Assembly (NCBI GenBank): GCA_032128875.1
Contig: JAVLKG010000001.1
Coordinates: 768,001-832,000, forward strand
Reading direction: 5' to 3'
Length of the DNA stretch: 64,000 bases
DNA from: Candidatus Melainabacteria bacterium 17Bon1m
GTDB taxonomy: Bacteria > Cyanobacteriota > Vampirovibrionia > Obscuribacterales > Obscuribacteraceae
The notes beneath the pieces were generated by a model, which searched no databases, had not been told where the DNA came from, and was given only the letters and a program-made list of their open reading frames with translations. The position numbers and the translations under genes are program-made. Below are positions 10,029 to 21,030 of the stretch, piece by piece (within the stretch, counting starts at the first letter, position 1; each line of letters starts with the position of its first letter).

Positions 10029-11072
10029 ATGTCTAGGCACATGTGGAAACACAGGACAACAAACTTACTATTAGTATTGGCTCTGGGACTTGGTTTTGCA
10101 TTTCCGAGCGGCGCACTTTCTGCAGAGCCAGATTGGATACGATATTCGCTTGGTGCAAAACGGGCGATGGCTGCGGCAAACTACAACGAAGCCGAGGACC
10201 TTTTGAAGCGGGCCGACAAAGAAGCCGACGGCATCTCGAACAACACATCGCACAAGGCAATCACGTTGGGCAACCTATCCCTCGTGTACAAGGCAAAAGG
10301 CGATTATCCAAATGCTGAGCTTTGCGCCAGGCAATCCGTTGAATTGATGCGCAAGTTGGAAAAACGTGATGACTTTTCTTTTGCTGTTGCGCTGAGTAAT
10401 CTCGCAGGTATTCTCAAAGATCAGGCTAAGTTTAAGGATGCAGAGCCGATGTACGAAGGTGCATTAGCTATTATCGAAAAAATGCGCGGACCTGAGAGTT
10501 CTGAGTACGCAACCGTCACAGATAACCTTGCCTTGCTCTACATGCGTCAAGGACATTTCGATATGGCGATGCCGTTGCAAGAAAAGGCTCTTGTTACCTA
10601 CGAAAAGGTGCTTGGACCGGACCATCCCGATGTAGCAATTGCACTAGGAAATTTAGCCGAGAGTTATAAGAGAGTCCATAAAGAGAAAGAAGCGATCGTT
10701 TTGCTTGAACGCTCTTTGAAAATTATGGAGAAAGTCTACGGTGATGAACACCCAAGCGTAGCCACTGCGTTGGATAACTTGGCGTGCTTCTACGCGGATC
10801 AAAAGGACTATGAAAAGGCTGAGAAGCTCGAGCTAAAGTCCATTGCAATTTACGAGAAAACCGTTGGAGCCGATCACCCTGATATGGCAATTACACTCGA
10901 TAATTTGTGCGAGGTCTATCAAAAACAGGGGCGCTTGGAAGAAGGTCAACGCCTGAGAGAACGTGCGTTGAAGATTTCTGAGAAGTCGCTTGGTGCCACG
11001 CATCCATTTACTGTGAGTGTGAAAGAACGTTTGGAGCAAATGCATAAGGCGCAAGTTCCAGTTAAGAACTGA
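10029..11072 (+). CDS. Exported TPR protein with 42-aa kinesin-light-chain-type repeats
   Basis: Signal peptide; repeats such as EKVLGPDHPDVAIALGNLA, EKVYGDEHPSVATALDNLA, EKTVGADHPDMAITLDNL. Confidence 0.9.
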   Translation: MSRHMWKHRTTNLLLVLALGLGFAFPSGALSAEPDWIRYSLGAKRAMAAANYNEAEDLLKRADKEADGISNNTSHKAITLGNLSLVYKAKGDYPNAELCARQSVELMRKLEKRDDFSFAVALSNLAGILKDQAKFKDAEPMYEGALAIIEKMRGPESSEYATVTDNLALLYMRQGHFDMAMPLQEKALVTYEKVLGPDHPDVAIALGNLAESYKRVHKEKEAIVLLERSLKIMEKVYGDEHPSVATALDNLACFYADQKDYEKAEKLELKSIAIYEKTVGADHPDMAITLDNLCEVYQKQGRLEEGQRLRERALKISEKSLGATHPFTVSVKERLEQMHKAQVPVKN

Positions 11073-11081
11073 ATTAACGCC

Positions 11082-11106
11082 GGTCGACGCATGGCGTGCC
11101 CCTTAC
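11082..11106 (-). repeat. REP-like palindrome, family A (degenerate)
   Basis: Reverse complement GTAAGGGGCACGCCATGCGTCGACC, about 10 nt after a stop codon. Confidence 0.6.
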
Positions 11107-11276
11107 AGTAAACAATTACAGGCAAACCGTCCTCTACTGACTGGGGTTTACCCGGTATAAATTTGTTTCGCGCAGCCGCACAATAGGCTGGCTCATCAAA
11201 CATCAAGCCATCTGCATATCGGATTTCTCCGGGTCGTTTGCGACCGGGGTGGCTATTGCTTTTCGGAGAACTAAAC

Positions 11277-11906
11277 ATGAACAAGTTGTCCCTTACTATG
11301 TCTTTCGTCTCTTTGGTTTCCGCTGCCGTTGCTGTTTCCACAGTTGCGTTGCCTGCTTCAGCACAGAATCATTCTCGGATTACCAAAGACGAACTGCAGC
11401 CGACAACATGGTTCAAGGCTAGACGTCAGGTTCGAGTCGAGGACACTACTCCGATCGTCAAATACGATACTCCTGCTGCACCAGAGCCTGTTTACCTCAT
11501 TCCCACAGGTTTGCCGAAGGCCAAAGCGGCACCTGTGGTGGTGCTCCCGGGACCAGCGCAGACTGGTGGTACAGGCGGTGGCGTCGTTGCGCCGCCAGGA
11601 TACGCTGTTGTTGATCCGAATCAGCCATCACCTTCACGGTTCGGGAGTAATATCCCTGCTAGAGGAATGGGGCCCGTAGGACCTTTGCCGAATGGAAATT
11701 CGACGAATGTTCTCTCAGGAAGAATGTCGGGAGTGCCGAAGTCTCCTGCCGGTTCCGTTGCCGCACCAGCACGAGTTTTCCCAGCGGGTGATGCTGCCCC
11801 TAAGACCGCTGTGTATCAACCATCGAGAACGACTGCGACAGGCACAGGAAGTTCGAATACTTCTGTGAAGACTAGCGTTATAGGTGATCTGCTGAAGAAG
11901 AAGTAG
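11277..11906 (+). CDS. Secreted Pro/Gly-rich hypothetical protein
   Basis: GGAGA RBS before ATG 11277; signal peptide ending PASA; low-complexity body. Confidence 0.75.
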   Translation: MNKLSLTMSFVSLVSAAVAVSTVALPASAQNHSRITKDELQPTTWFKARRQVRVEDTTPIVKYDTPAAPEPVYLIPTGLPKAKAAPVVVLPGPAQTGGTGGGVVAPPGYAVVDPNQPSPSRFGSNIPARGMGPVGPLPNGNSTNVLSGRMSGVPKSPAGSVAAPARVFPAGDAAPKTAVYQPSRTTATGTGSSNTSVKTSVIGDLLKKK

Positions 11907-12699
11907 TTGGGTGTGTTCGATGATAATTAACGACAACACCTGCAAGTACAAGAGAAAGTCCAAGCAAAATGCTACTGGTCAGGATTGCTGCGGGCATTCC
12001 AAAAGCGTACAAGCTGTCGGTTCTCATTGGTTCAATAATCAAACGCCCGATTGAGTATCCTGCTATGTACAAACATGAGAGCAGACCAGGGTAGTTCTTG
12101 ACGCGCTCTGCAAGCCCAAAGTAGAGGATGCAAAAAAGTAAAACGTCGTACACAGCCTCATACAAAAACGTTGGATGGAAATATAGTTGGTCGCGAAATT
12201 CCAGAGGGCGATTTGCCTCAGGGATAAACAGCCGGAGCGGAAAGTCGCTGCTGACCGGCTTTCCGAAGGCTTCTGAATTGAAGAAATTACCCCAGCGTCC
12301 GATCGCTTGTGCAAGTGGAATGCTCCCGAGCAGCAAGTCTGCCGTCTTCAAAAATGGCAGCTTTCTGACTTTGCAGTAGATAAAACCAGCGAGGATGCCG
12401 CCGAGTATTCCTCCGTGGATGGACAAACCGCCCGTCCAAATCATGAAGGCTTGCAGGGGTTCTTCCAAAAAGTGCTTGTAGTTCAAAAGCACGAAGTAGA
12501 GTCGCGCGCCGACTACTCCGCCACCAAATCCCCAAAAAGCTGTGTTGAGCAGCTCTTCTGTGTCCATCTCCCACTTTTTGCCAAGGCGCATTGCCATTGC
12601 CGCGGCCGAGAAAAATCCCAGTACGAACATCAGCCCATACCAGCGTACGGTGACTGGGCCGAGTTTAAATATGATGGCGCCGGGAGATTCGAAGTTCAA
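11878..12699 (-). CDS. lgt: Prolipoprotein diacylglyceryl transferase
   Basis: VRWYGLM, GARLYFV, GGLSIHGG, QAIGRWGNFFNSEAFG, HPTFLYE, RLIIEPMR. Confidence 0.97.
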   Translation of the reverse strand: MNFESPGAIIFKLGPVTVRWYGLMFVLGFFSAAAMAMRLGKKWEMDTEELLNTAFWGFGGGVVGARLYFVLLNYKHFLEEPLQAFMIWTGGLSIHGGILGGILAGFIYCKVRKLPFLKTADLLLGSIPLAQAIGRWGNFFNSEAFGKPVSSDFPLRLFIPEANRPLEFRDQLYFHPTFLYEAVYDVLLFCILYFGLAERVKNYPGLLSCLYIAGYSIGRLIIEPMRTDSLYAFGMPAAILTSSILLGLSLVLAGVVVNYHRTHPTTSSSADHL

Positions 12700-12755
12700 A
12701 AAATATATGCCTTGCAGCCGTCAAAAAAGCGCCGTCTCAACTAGCATGCGCTCGC

Positions 12756-13034
12756 TTAGTACGGAGCTTGATCGTTGGGATATTTGCCGCCGTAGACGTC
12801 TTTCGGCGCTTTCCCGTTGCTTCTTTCTTGGTTGGCAGGCAGTTTGCTGTCGTGCTGCTCGTCGTGCGGATCATCGCCGTGCGGATCCGGACCATGGGGG
12901 TCTAAACCGCCGTATTTCTGGGCGATTATGTACTGACCTTGAATTTTGCACTTTGTCAGTGGGTTGATAGAAACGCTTTTCACATCCAGAGACGGCGTGT
13001 GAGATATAGCGACGGACAATAGGATATCCAGCAT
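12756..13034 (-). CDS. Small hypothetical protein
   Basis: GGAGG RBS 6 nt before ATG 13034; 92 aa with a DPHG-like repeat. Confidence 0.55.
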   Translation of the reverse strand: MLDILLSVAISHTPSLDVKSVSINPLTKCKIQGQYIIAQKYGGLDPHGPDPHGDDPHDEQHDSKLPANQERSNGKAPKDVYGGKYPNDQAPY

Positions 13035-13201
13035 GGTCAACCTCCGGCAGATTGGAGAATTCACGGTCGCCGTTTGACAACCTTGAAAGTATACATGATA
13101 GGGGCAGTCTGGGCGCAGTTTTCCTTAAAACTCGAAGAATGCCGCTACTTTGTTTGTCAGCGGCTTTAGAATAAGCCATTGCACCAAATTTTGGAAGATA
13201 T

Positions 13202-14764
13202 ATGGCAAAGACGAAAACGCGCTGGATCTGCCAGCAGTGTGGGTTTCAGGCAAACGGATTTCTCGGGCGCTGCACAGAATGCGGGTCTTGGGGATCTCTT
13301 GTCGAAGAACTGGTTGGTGAAGCGGCCGGTGCTGCGGCACAGACACTTTTAAGTCGTTCACACGCTTCGTTTGGCAAGAGCGGGCGGTCTCAGGAGGGCG
13401 AGCGTGCCTCAGCTTTGCCGCTTTCAGAAATCGAAGCTTCCGACAGCCAACGAATGGCAACCGGTTTGGCTGGTGTGGATGAAGTTCTTGGCGGAGGTTT
13501 GGTGCCTGGAAGTGTTGTCCTGCTGGCAGGAGACCCGGGTATCGGCAAGTCTACGCTTTTACTCCAGGTGGCCAGGCATTTGAGCAAAGGCAGCACCTTG
13601 CTGTATGTCGCCGGTGAAGAGTCCGCCCACCAGGTGCGTCTCCGGGCTGAGCGCCTTGGTGTGTCTTCGAACAATATTTTGGTGGACGCGGGACAGAATG
13701 TTGTGTCGATTGCGCAAACGATGATGTCGACCGACACGCGCGTCACCATTGTCGACAGTATTCAATCTGTCTTTCATCCTGAGGTCGAAAGCGCGCCCGG
13801 CTCGGTGAGCCAGGTCCGCGAGTCCGCTCAGGCTCTCATCGCTGCCGCGAAAGAGCATGGCATCGCCACCATTCTTGTCGGTCACGTGACGAAAGAAGGC
13901 GCCATCGCCGGACCTCGTGTTTTGGAGCACATGGTCGATGTGGTAATTCAGTTTGAAGGCGACCGTGCGCGCGAGCTGAGAATTTTGCGCGGCGTGAAAA
14001 ACCGTTTTGGCGCAACGCACGAGATTGCAGTGTTTTCCATGACGGACAAAGGTCTGCAGGAGGTCGACAATCCTAGTGCGCTTTTCCTGGGTGACAGATT
14101 GAATCACTTGGGCAAGAAGCAATCACCTCCCGGAACCGCCGTTATTGCGGGTGGAGAGGGGCGGCGTTCACTTCTGCTTGAGGTTCAGGCACTGGTTTCC
14201 AACACGGCTTTTTCCAATGCGCGCCGCGTGGCCAATGGTTTTGACTACAATCGTCTGTTGCAGCTCATTGCTGTTCTCGAAAAGAAAGCCGGGCTATTCC
14301 TGTCGCACTGCGATGTTTACGTAAATGTAGTGGGCGGCATGGAATTTTCCGATCCTTCCGGCGACCTCGGCATTGCCGTGGCCATAGCCACTTCCTTGCT
14401 CGATCGCTCCATTGATCCCGGTTTGCTTTTCCTTGGAGAAATTGGTCTGACCGGTGAAGTTCGCCCGGTGAAAGCGGTTTTACAGCGCCTAAAAGAAGCT
14501 CAAAAGCTCGGCTTTCAGCGTGCGATTGTCCCGAAAGCCAATCTGCCTTTGGACGGAAACCTTGACCCCATGGAAGTTGTAGGCGTTGAAACTCTGGCTG
14601 ATGCGCTTGCTCAAGCGATTCCCGGATTTGAAACAGCCAAGAAGCGCCCACCAAGCTCTGGTGAGAAGAAACAATACGGTGGTTCGGATGAAGCGATGAA
14701 CGCTGTGAAAAGGCGTTATGCTCAAGGAGAGAGGCGCGATTTAGAGGGCGCATTCCAGGATTGA
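13202..14764 (+). CDS. radA: DNA repair protein RadA/Sms
   Basis: C4 zinc finger (CQQC..CTEC), Walker A GDPGIGKST, KNRFG motif, Lon-like C-terminal domain. Confidence 0.97.
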   Translation: MAKTKTRWICQQCGFQANGFLGRCTECGSWGSLVEELVGEAAGAAAQTLLSRSHASFGKSGRSQEGERASALPLSEIEASDSQRMATGLAGVDEVLGGGLVPGSVVLLAGDPGIGKSTLLLQVARHLSKGSTLLYVAGEESAHQVRLRAERLGVSSNNILVDAGQNVVSIAQTMMSTDTRVTIVDSIQSVFHPEVESAPGSVSQVRESAQALIAAAKEHGIATILVGHVTKEGAIAGPRVLEHMVDVVIQFEGDRARELRILRGVKNRFGATHEIAVFSMTDKGLQEVDNPSALFLGDRLNHLGKKQSPPGTAVIAGGEGRRSLLLEVQALVSNTAFSNARRVANGFDYNRLLQLIAVLEKKAGLFLSHCDVYVNVVGGMEFSDPSGDLGIAVAIATSLLDRSIDPGLLFLGEIGLTGEVRPVKAVLQRLKEAQKLGFQRAIVPKANLPLDGNLDPMEVVGVETLADALAQAIPGFETAKKRPPSSGEKKQYGGSDEAMNAVKRRYAQGERRDLEGAFQD

Positions 14765-14767
14765 GAT

Positions 14768-16756
14768 ATGCGCGAGTCGAAGTCTAAGTACCAGAACGAA
14801 AAGGTTCAAAACGCACTATCCACCTTGCCAGACTCTCCCGGAGTTTATCTTTTCAAGGATGAAGAAGGGACGATTATCTACATTGGTAAGGCGCTTAGTC
14901 TGAAGAGCCGCGTGCGTTCGTATTGGCTGGAAAATTCCGTGCGCGAGCGGCCGAAGCTGGCTGTTTTGATGCCGAAAGTTGCTGACGTAAATATCATCGT
15001 CACTAATTCCGAGAAGGAAGCGTTGCTCCTTGAAGCGAATCTCGTCCGGCAGCACATGCCGCGCTACAACGTCACGTTGAAAGACGATAAGCGCTACCCT
15101 TGGTTGGCGATTACTTATGATGTTGCATTTCCACGTCTTGTGATGGTGCGCGATCCACAGAAATATAAAAAGGAAAATCCAAAGTCTCGCGTTTTTGGTC
15201 CGTATGTCGAAACCGGCATGATGTGGGATACGGTGCGGGTTTTGCGTAAGGTCTTTCCGATGAGGCAGCGCAAGAGCCCGCTGTTTAAAGATCGTCCCTG
15301 CATGAATTATTACATCGGTTTGTGTTTAGGTCCTTGTCAAAAACTCGTGACAGAACCAGATTATTTGCAAATGGTGGGTCAAGTCGAAATGTTCCTCGCT
15401 GGGCGTCAGACAGAGGTTTTGACCTTGCTTAAGCAAGAAATGGAAGCTGCTTCAGAGCAAATGGAATATGAGAAAGCGGCTAAGGTTCGTGACCGCTTGC
15501 GAGCTCTCGAGACTGTCATTGAAAAACAAACGGTAATGTTCAAAGACAAGAAGGTCAATCAGGACATTGTCGCAGAAGCGCATGCTAACAAGCTTATCGC
15601 CATATGTATGATGCGTGTGAGAGAGGGAAAACTCATCTCGTCGGAAACAGTTTGCTTGCCTCTCATGGATCGCACTTCATGGGATGAAGCGTATCAATCG
15701 TTTATCGATCTTTATTACACCTCCGTCGAGGACATCGGAGTGCCGCATGAGGTGATGCTTCAACATCAACTCGACGATGAATCTGCGCTGGCGGAAGTTC
15801 TTCAGGCGAAGGCAAAACACGTGGTGAAAGTTGGTATTCCGCAGCGCGGCGGTAAAGTGAAAATGATCGACATGGCGAAGAAAAACGCTGAGTTGGCGCT
15901 GGAAAAGGAGATTACAGAGAAGCAAGAAGCGGACGCAAAGGTTGTGCGCCTTCTCTCGCATATGCAGGAGGAACTTGGCACTTCCAAACCCCCGAGGCGC
16001 ATCGAATGTTTCGACATTTCTAACATTCAAGGTACAGACAACGTCGCCAGCATGGTGGTCTTCGAGGATGGGCAGCCGAAAAAGTCCGATTACAGGCGTT
16101 TCAAAATCCGAGCAGTTGAAGGTGTTGCCAATGACTTCGCTTCGATGAAAGAGGTCGTCAGTCGACGCTATTCGCGTTTGCAAAAAGAGGAGAAGCCTTT
16201 CCCTGACCTGATTATCATCGACGGCGGTAAGGGGCAACTCAATGCGGCGGTCGAAGCGCTGGATGAGTTGAACATAAAAGATATCGATATTATTGGACTT
16301 GCTAAGAAGCAAGAAGAAGTTTACAAGCCTGGAAACCCACGCCCCTTGCTTATTTCAAGGCGCAGCGAGGCGCTGCACGTGCTGCAACGAACACGGGACG
16401 AAGCGCACAGATTTGCAATAACCTTTCACCGGAAGCTCAGAGCCAAGCGCTCTCTCATGTCTGGTCTGGACCTTTTGCCAGGCGTTGGCGAGTCGAGGCG
16501 CAAGCTTTTGATTAAGCATTTGGGAACGTTTGAGAAAATCAAGCAAGCGTCGTTGGAAGAGCTTATGGCGGTGCCAGGTTTGCCCAAAAACGTTGCTGCG
16601 TCCATATTTGCAGCCTTGTCGGCTGGCAAGGAAGATAAGAAAAACGCTAGTGACAAAGCCTCCGAGAATGGCGACGGAGATGAGACAATAGGCGATATCG
16701 AAGACAATGAAATTGAAATTGATATTGAAAGCGTGAGGTCGAAAGCAGATGTTTAG
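14768..16756 (+). CDS. uvrC: Excinuclease ABC subunit C
   Basis: GIY-YIG domain (PGVYLF..IIYIGKA), UVR domain (YEKAAKVRD), RIECFDISN, IDGGKGQ, RDEAHRFAI, HhH. Confidence 0.97.
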   Translation: MRESKSKYQNEKVQNALSTLPDSPGVYLFKDEEGTIIYIGKALSLKSRVRSYWLENSVRERPKLAVLMPKVADVNIIVTNSEKEALLLEANLVRQHMPRYNVTLKDDKRYPWLAITYDVAFPRLVMVRDPQKYKKENPKSRVFGPYVETGMMWDTVRVLRKVFPMRQRKSPLFKDRPCMNYYIGLCLGPCQKLVTEPDYLQMVGQVEMFLAGRQTEVLTLLKQEMEAASEQMEYEKAAKVRDRLRALETVIEKQTVMFKDKKVNQDIVAEAHANKLIAICMMRVREGKLISSETVCLPLMDRTSWDEAYQSFIDLYYTSVEDIGVPHEVMLQHQLDDESALAEVLQAKAKHVVKVGIPQRGGKVKMIDMAKKNAELALEKEITEKQEADAKVVRLLSHMQEELGTSKPPRRIECFDISNIQGTDNVASMVVFEDGQPKKSDYRRFKIRAVEGVANDFASMKEVVSRRYSRLQKEEKPFPDLIIIDGGKGQLNAAVEALDELNIKDIDIIGLAKKQEEVYKPGNPRPLLISRRSEALHVLQRTRDEAHRFAITFHRKLRAKRSLMSGLDLLPGVGESRRKLLIKHLGTFEKIKQASLEELMAVPGLPKNVAASIFAALSAGKEDKKNASDKASENGDGDETIGDIEDNEIEIDIESVRSKADV

Positions 16757-16858
16757 CTTTTTCATAAAGCGCAAGAAGCAGGTAATGAGTTTCATCATCG
16801 TCATTATGGTGTTTACCTTTCTGGCGTCACTCGTGCCGCAAGTAATGTTTCTCTTGAA

Positions 16859-19546
16859 GTGAGCAGCAAGGCAGACTGGTCGGAACTACCCATAGTTTCC
16901 GCCATCTACTGCGCAGTGCTAGCCTATCTCGTTTCGCCCTTCTGGCTGAATAACCAAAGCCTCTACATTGCCGACGTTACTTACAATTTCGTTCCGGCTG
17001 GCAGATATATAGAACAAATTTTTCGGGATAGTGGCGGTTTCACTTTGATGAAGCCGATGTGGAATCCCTTTTTGCTATGTGGTGCTCCAGAAGTTTCTGT
17101 CGCGTGGCCGCTGGCGTACCTGCCCGGGTATGCAGCATGCTTGTTCAATTCCGCTCAGGGGCAAGCTTTTCTGATTTTCTTCCACCTGCTTGTCGCTGGT
17201 CTAGGTGGTTATATTTGGTTTTGGAAAAACGATGATCGCTCGTCGCTCGATTCGAATTTGATTGGGCGCAGCACGCCGCTGGTCAATGCGATAACAAGTC
17301 CGTCCGCGCTTTTTGGCTTCATGTTTATGCTTTGCGGTTACATGGTCGGCTCCAGTATCAATTTGTCTTTGATGTTTTCTGTCTGCTGGACACCGCTGGC
17401 GTTGTATTTGATAGATCGACTAGCTACCTCTCGAACATCCTTTCTCCCTCTAACAGGCTTACTGGCGTTGGTTTTAGCGCAGCAATTCGGCGCAGGAAGA
17501 CCGGAGATGTTCCTTGGGGAATGTGTTCTGTACGCTTGCTATGCCCTGCTCAAAATTGCAGAACACGCTCCGGATGAAACTCAAAGAAGTGCCGCCGGTC
17601 GTTTCATTGGCGGTCTTGTTGCGGCTCTGCTGCTGTCACTTTTGTTCAACGCTGCAAACATTTTGCCAATGATAGAGGCAGTGAAAAACTCGCCGCGTCT
17701 GCCGAAATTTGATCCAGCGGATGGACTAAATTGGAGTGCTGGTTGGTTCGAGTTTCTCGGAATCATTCTCATGCAACCGCTTGGCCAGCTGAATATGGCG
17801 CATTATTCGCTGTATCCAACTTATCCAAATTCAATGGCATATGTGACCAGTCTTTTCCTAGGGGCACCAGTATTGGTGCTTGCTTTTTTTGGAACCGGCG
17901 ATTCTTCGTGGAAGCAAAAGGGCTTCTGGCTGTGGATGATCTTTATTTTTACTCTGGTGTCGCTTGGTGAGTTCATCCCGATTTGGAAACCAATTTACGA
18001 GGCAATCCCTTCGGTAAACCTTTTGCGTTTTCCGGTAAAGATGACCGTCTTTGTAGAACTTGCGATCATCGCACTAGCCGCTCGCGGCTGGTCTTCTGTA
18101 ATAAGAGGCAGTGTCACGCGCAGTGATTTTAATGGTGGGGCTGTCTTCTGGGGCGTGTTGCTCGTTGTCAGTTTTGCCGTTCTTGCCAGTATGCTTCTCG
18201 GCAATATGCAGCCTCTAAGCGTAGTAATGGCAATGAGCTCCGGCTGCGATGACTTGAATATGGCGAAAGAGGCGGCGCTAAAACTGACTGCTCATGCGAC
18301 TATCGCTGGGTTGACCGGCTTTGCGACCTGTATTGCGCTGGCAAATTTGAAAGGGCGTTATGAGGGTTTGATCCGTTTTTGTCTGGTTTCTCTTATCGTT
18401 TCTTCTCTCGTTATAAACGGCACAAAGCATCTCTGGCACACAGTTGATGCGACTTTCTTTGAGGACAAGGCAAATGTGCTTTCTCTGATTAAGACTTCGC
18501 CATCGCCGTCATTATCATCATCATCATCTTCATCTTTTGAAGCGAACAATTTCAAGGTCTTATCACTCTTCCGCCACCCGATTGCAGTGCCGCAGAAGGT
18601 TCTGGAAGCACCGGAAGCGACCATGGAGAGGGACTTCATGGCTTATGCGAGATATATTCTGGCTCCGAATACAAACATAGACCGCCGGATACCAATGCTT
18701 AGCGGCATGTCTGTTCTGCCAGATTGGGCAACTGTCTTTATGGAGACTGGCATTTTGCCGCGCTCAATGATAAGGGCAGAACTCTCGCATGAAGCAGGGA
18801 AATCAGATGTGCCGCTGTACAAATGGTGTCAGGCAACGGCGACAAAATACATTCTCTGCCCGATTAATATGCAGTCTGAGGAAGACTTGAACGTGCGTGA
18901 GGCAAAAGGGCTCGACCCGCACTATTTCAAGGTTGCCGCTGAGGATAAGAAGTTGAATGTGCGTATCTATGAGGTTTCGCCGATAAGAAATCGTGTTCAG
19001 CTTTTTTCGCGCGCAAGTAAGGCAGAGTCTCGAATCGATGCTCTCAGGACTATCAATCGCTCTGATACCGAGCGCTATGATCCTCTTTCAGAGTGCATCC
19101 TGTGCGAACCTGATGCAGCGGGCATACTAAGTTTTGAGGCAAAAAGACCGGCGCTGGATGAAGATCTTTTCAATCAAGTATTGAACGGACAAATCGTAAA
19201 TCGCCCCGGAAGCGCGGAAATCAAGGCGGATTCCCATGAGAATGTTGTCGTTGAAGTCGATGCTGCTGTTCCTTCTGTTCTAGTTTTCGCAGATAGCTAC
19301 TACAGTGGTTGGACTGCGACCGACAACGGGGCTCCAGCCCATCTATTAATCGCGGATGGGTTAATGAAGTCAGTTTTGGTTAAGCCCGGCAAGCATCAAC
19401 TGGTTTTCCAGTTCACTCCGAAAGCCTATATCTACGGACTCTACATAGGCGCCGGCACTTTGGCTGCTCTCCTTGCTTTGATATTTCCTGCCTTACTGGT
19501 TGGCAACCTCAATCGCCGCCGCCAACGTGCGATAATTCAGAGCTGA
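16859..19546 (+). CDS. YfhO-family multipass membrane protein (GT-C glycosyltransferase-like)
   Basis: [13 protein letters not shown]-terminal motif, many TM helices, LRFPVK, C-terminal [14 protein letters not shown]...[12 protein letters not shown] plus a TM helix. Confidence 0.8.
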   Translation: MSSKADWSELPIVSAIYCAVLAYLVSPFWLNNQSLYIADVTYNFVPAGRYIEQIFRDSGGFTLMKPMWNPFLLCGAPEVSVAWPLAYLPGYAACLFNSAQGQAFLIFFHLLVAGLGGYIWFWKNDDRSSLDSNLIGRSTPLVNAITSPSALFGFMFMLCGYMVGSSINLSLMFSVCWTPLALYLIDRLATSRTSFLPLTGLLALVLAQQFGAGRPEMFLGECVLYACYALLKIAEHAPDETQRSAAGRFIGGLVAALLLSLLFNAANILPMIEAVKNSPRLPKFDPADGLNWSAGWFEFLGIILMQPLGQLNMAHYSLYPTYPNSMAYVTSLFLGAPVLVLAFFGTGDSSWKQKGFWLWMIFIFTLVSLGEFIPIWKPIYEAIPSVNLLRFPVKMTVFVELAIIALAARGWSSVIRGSVTRSDFNGGAVFWGVLLVVSFAVLASMLLGNMQPLSVVMAMSSGCDDLNMAKEAALKLTAHATIAGLTGFATCIALANLKGRYEGLIRFCLVSLIVSSLVINGTKHLWHTVDATFFEDKANVLSLIKTSPSPSLSSSSSSSFEANNFKVLSLFRHPIAVPQKVLEAPEATMERDFMAYARYILAPNTNIDRRIPMLSGMSVLPDWATVFMETGILPRSMIRAELSHEAGKSDVPLYKWCQATATKYILCPINMQSEEDLNVREAKGLDPHYFKVAAEDKKLNVRIYEVSPIRNRVQLFSRASKAESRIDALRTINRSDTERYDPLSECILCEPDAAGILSFEAKRPALDEDLFNQVLNGQIVNRPGSAEIKADSHENVVVEVDAAVPSVLVFADSYYSGWTATDNGAPAHLLIADGLMKSVLVKPGKHQLVFQFTPKAYIYGLYIGAGTLAALLALIFPALLVGNLNRRRQRAIIQS

Positions 19547-20829
19547 TGCAAAAGTTGATGACACAGCCGCTTGCAGACAGAATGCGCCCGCGCTCACTCG
19601 ATGAGGTCGTGGGGCAGGTAAAGCTGCTCTCAGAAGAAGGGATTCTTCGCCAGATGGTGGAATCCGGGCGGTTGTCGTCTTTTATTCTATGGGGACCGCC
19701 TGGGGTCGGAAAGACAACCCTTGCGCGCATGGTCGCTTCTACGACCGACAGCAAGTTTGTCGCATTCTCCGCAGTTGTTTCCGGCATCAAAGAAATCAAA
19801 GCGCTAATGGCGGAAGCCGAAGCGTTTATGAATATAGAAGCTCGTCAGACTGTGCTGTTCGTCGATGAGATTCATCGCTTCAACAAAGCTCAGCAGGACG
19901 CATTTTTGCCGTATGTTGAAAGCGGTGTGATCGTGTTGGTCGGCGCGACCACCGAGAACCCATCATTCGAGATCAATTCGGCACTACTTTCCCGGCTGAA
20001 AGTTCTTGTGCTTGAAGAGTTAAGCAACGAGCAGTTGGTCACAATCATGAAGCGCGCACTCACTGATGAAGAGCGCGGTTTGGGTAAAGAGGGCGTGAGT
20101 ATTTCGGATGAAAAACTCTCGCTAATCGGCATGTATGCGTCGGGTGATGCGCGCACGACTCTAAACACTTTAGAGCTGGCCGTTATGATGGCGAAGCGCA
20201 GAAAAGCTGATGAAGTCAGCGATTCAGACTTGAAGAGCGCAATTCAGCAGAGCATGTTGCGCTACGACAAGAATGGAGAGAATCACTTTAATTTGATATC
20301 CGCATTGCATAAGTCGATGCGCAACTCCGATGTCGATGCCAGTTTGTATTGGCTTGCACGAATGCTGGAGGCGGGTGAAGACCCGATGTACGTGGCGCGG
20401 CGAGTAGTTCGCTTTGCCTCGGAAGACGTCGGATTGGCGGCTCCCCAGGGTATGACACAAGCAGTTGCTGCGATGCAAGCAGTGCAGCTAATTGGAATGC
20501 CTGAGGCAAGTACGGCTCTCGCGCAAGCAGTTGTTTATCTTGCGTTGGCTCCGAAATCTAACGCGGTATATCGCGCGTATGGCGATGCCAAATCGGATGT
20601 GATGAACCACGAGCAGTATCCGGTGCCGTTGCATCTGCGCAATGCGCCGACGAAGTTGATGAAGGATATCGGTTATTCGAAAGGCTATCAGTACGCGCAT
20701 GATTTCGAGGGCGGGAAAGCGGCGGAGATGAACTGCTTGCCGGATCAATTGAAGGGACGTAAGTACTACAGTCCTACAGTTCGCGGCTTCGAAGGCAAAC
20801 TCAAGAAAGCGCTAGACGCAAAGTCATGA
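19546..20829 (+). CDS. rarA: Replication-associated recombination protein A (MgsA/RarA AAA+ ATPase)
   Basis: [63 protein letters not shown]. Confidence 0.96.
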   Translation: MQKLMTQPLADRMRPRSLDEVVGQVKLLSEEGILRQMVESGRLSSFILWGPPGVGKTTLARMVASTTDSKFVAFSAVVSGIKEIKALMAEAEAFMNIEARQTVLFVDEIHRFNKAQQDAFLPYVESGVIVLVGATTENPSFEINSALLSRLKVLVLEELSNEQLVTIMKRALTDEERGLGKEGVSISDEKLSLIGMYASGDARTTLNTLELAVMMAKRRKADEVSDSDLKSAIQQSMLRYDKNGENHFNLISALHKSMRNSDVDASLYWLARMLEAGEDPMYVARRVVRFASEDVGLAAPQGMTQAVAAMQAVQLIGMPEASTALAQAVVYLALAPKSNAVYRAYGDAKSDVMNHEQYPVPLHLRNAPTKLMKDIGYSKGYQYAHDFEGGKAAEMNCLPDQLKGRKYYSPTVRGFEGKLKKALDAKS

Positions 20830-20835
20830 TCTAAG

Positions 20836-20929
20836 GTAGGTCGACGTCATGCGTCGACCATTACAAAAGTGCGGTCGACGCATGACGCGACCCTGCAGAA
20901 AAAGGGCGCGTGCAACGCGCCCCCACGAT
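20836..20929. repeat. Cluster of three REP-like palindromes (BIME-like)
   Basis: GTAGGTCGACGTCATGCGTCGACC (20836-20859, +), an inverted copy at 20873-20896, and a family B element at 20903-20929 (-). Confidence 0.75.
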
Positions 20930-20940
20930 CAAATAAATGG

Positions 20941-20966
20941 AAAAGGCGGCTGCTTTCGCAACCGCC
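20941..20966 (-). terminator. Intrinsic terminator
   Basis: Minus strand GGCGGTTGC-GAAA-GCAGCCGCC-TTTT downstream of the 21031-21639 gene. Confidence 0.7.
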
Positions 20967-21030
20967 CATCCGAGCCAAGCCAACTTATGTTACCGGGGAT
21001 ACCTTTTGCTGCAGTTTCCGGGACACCGGG

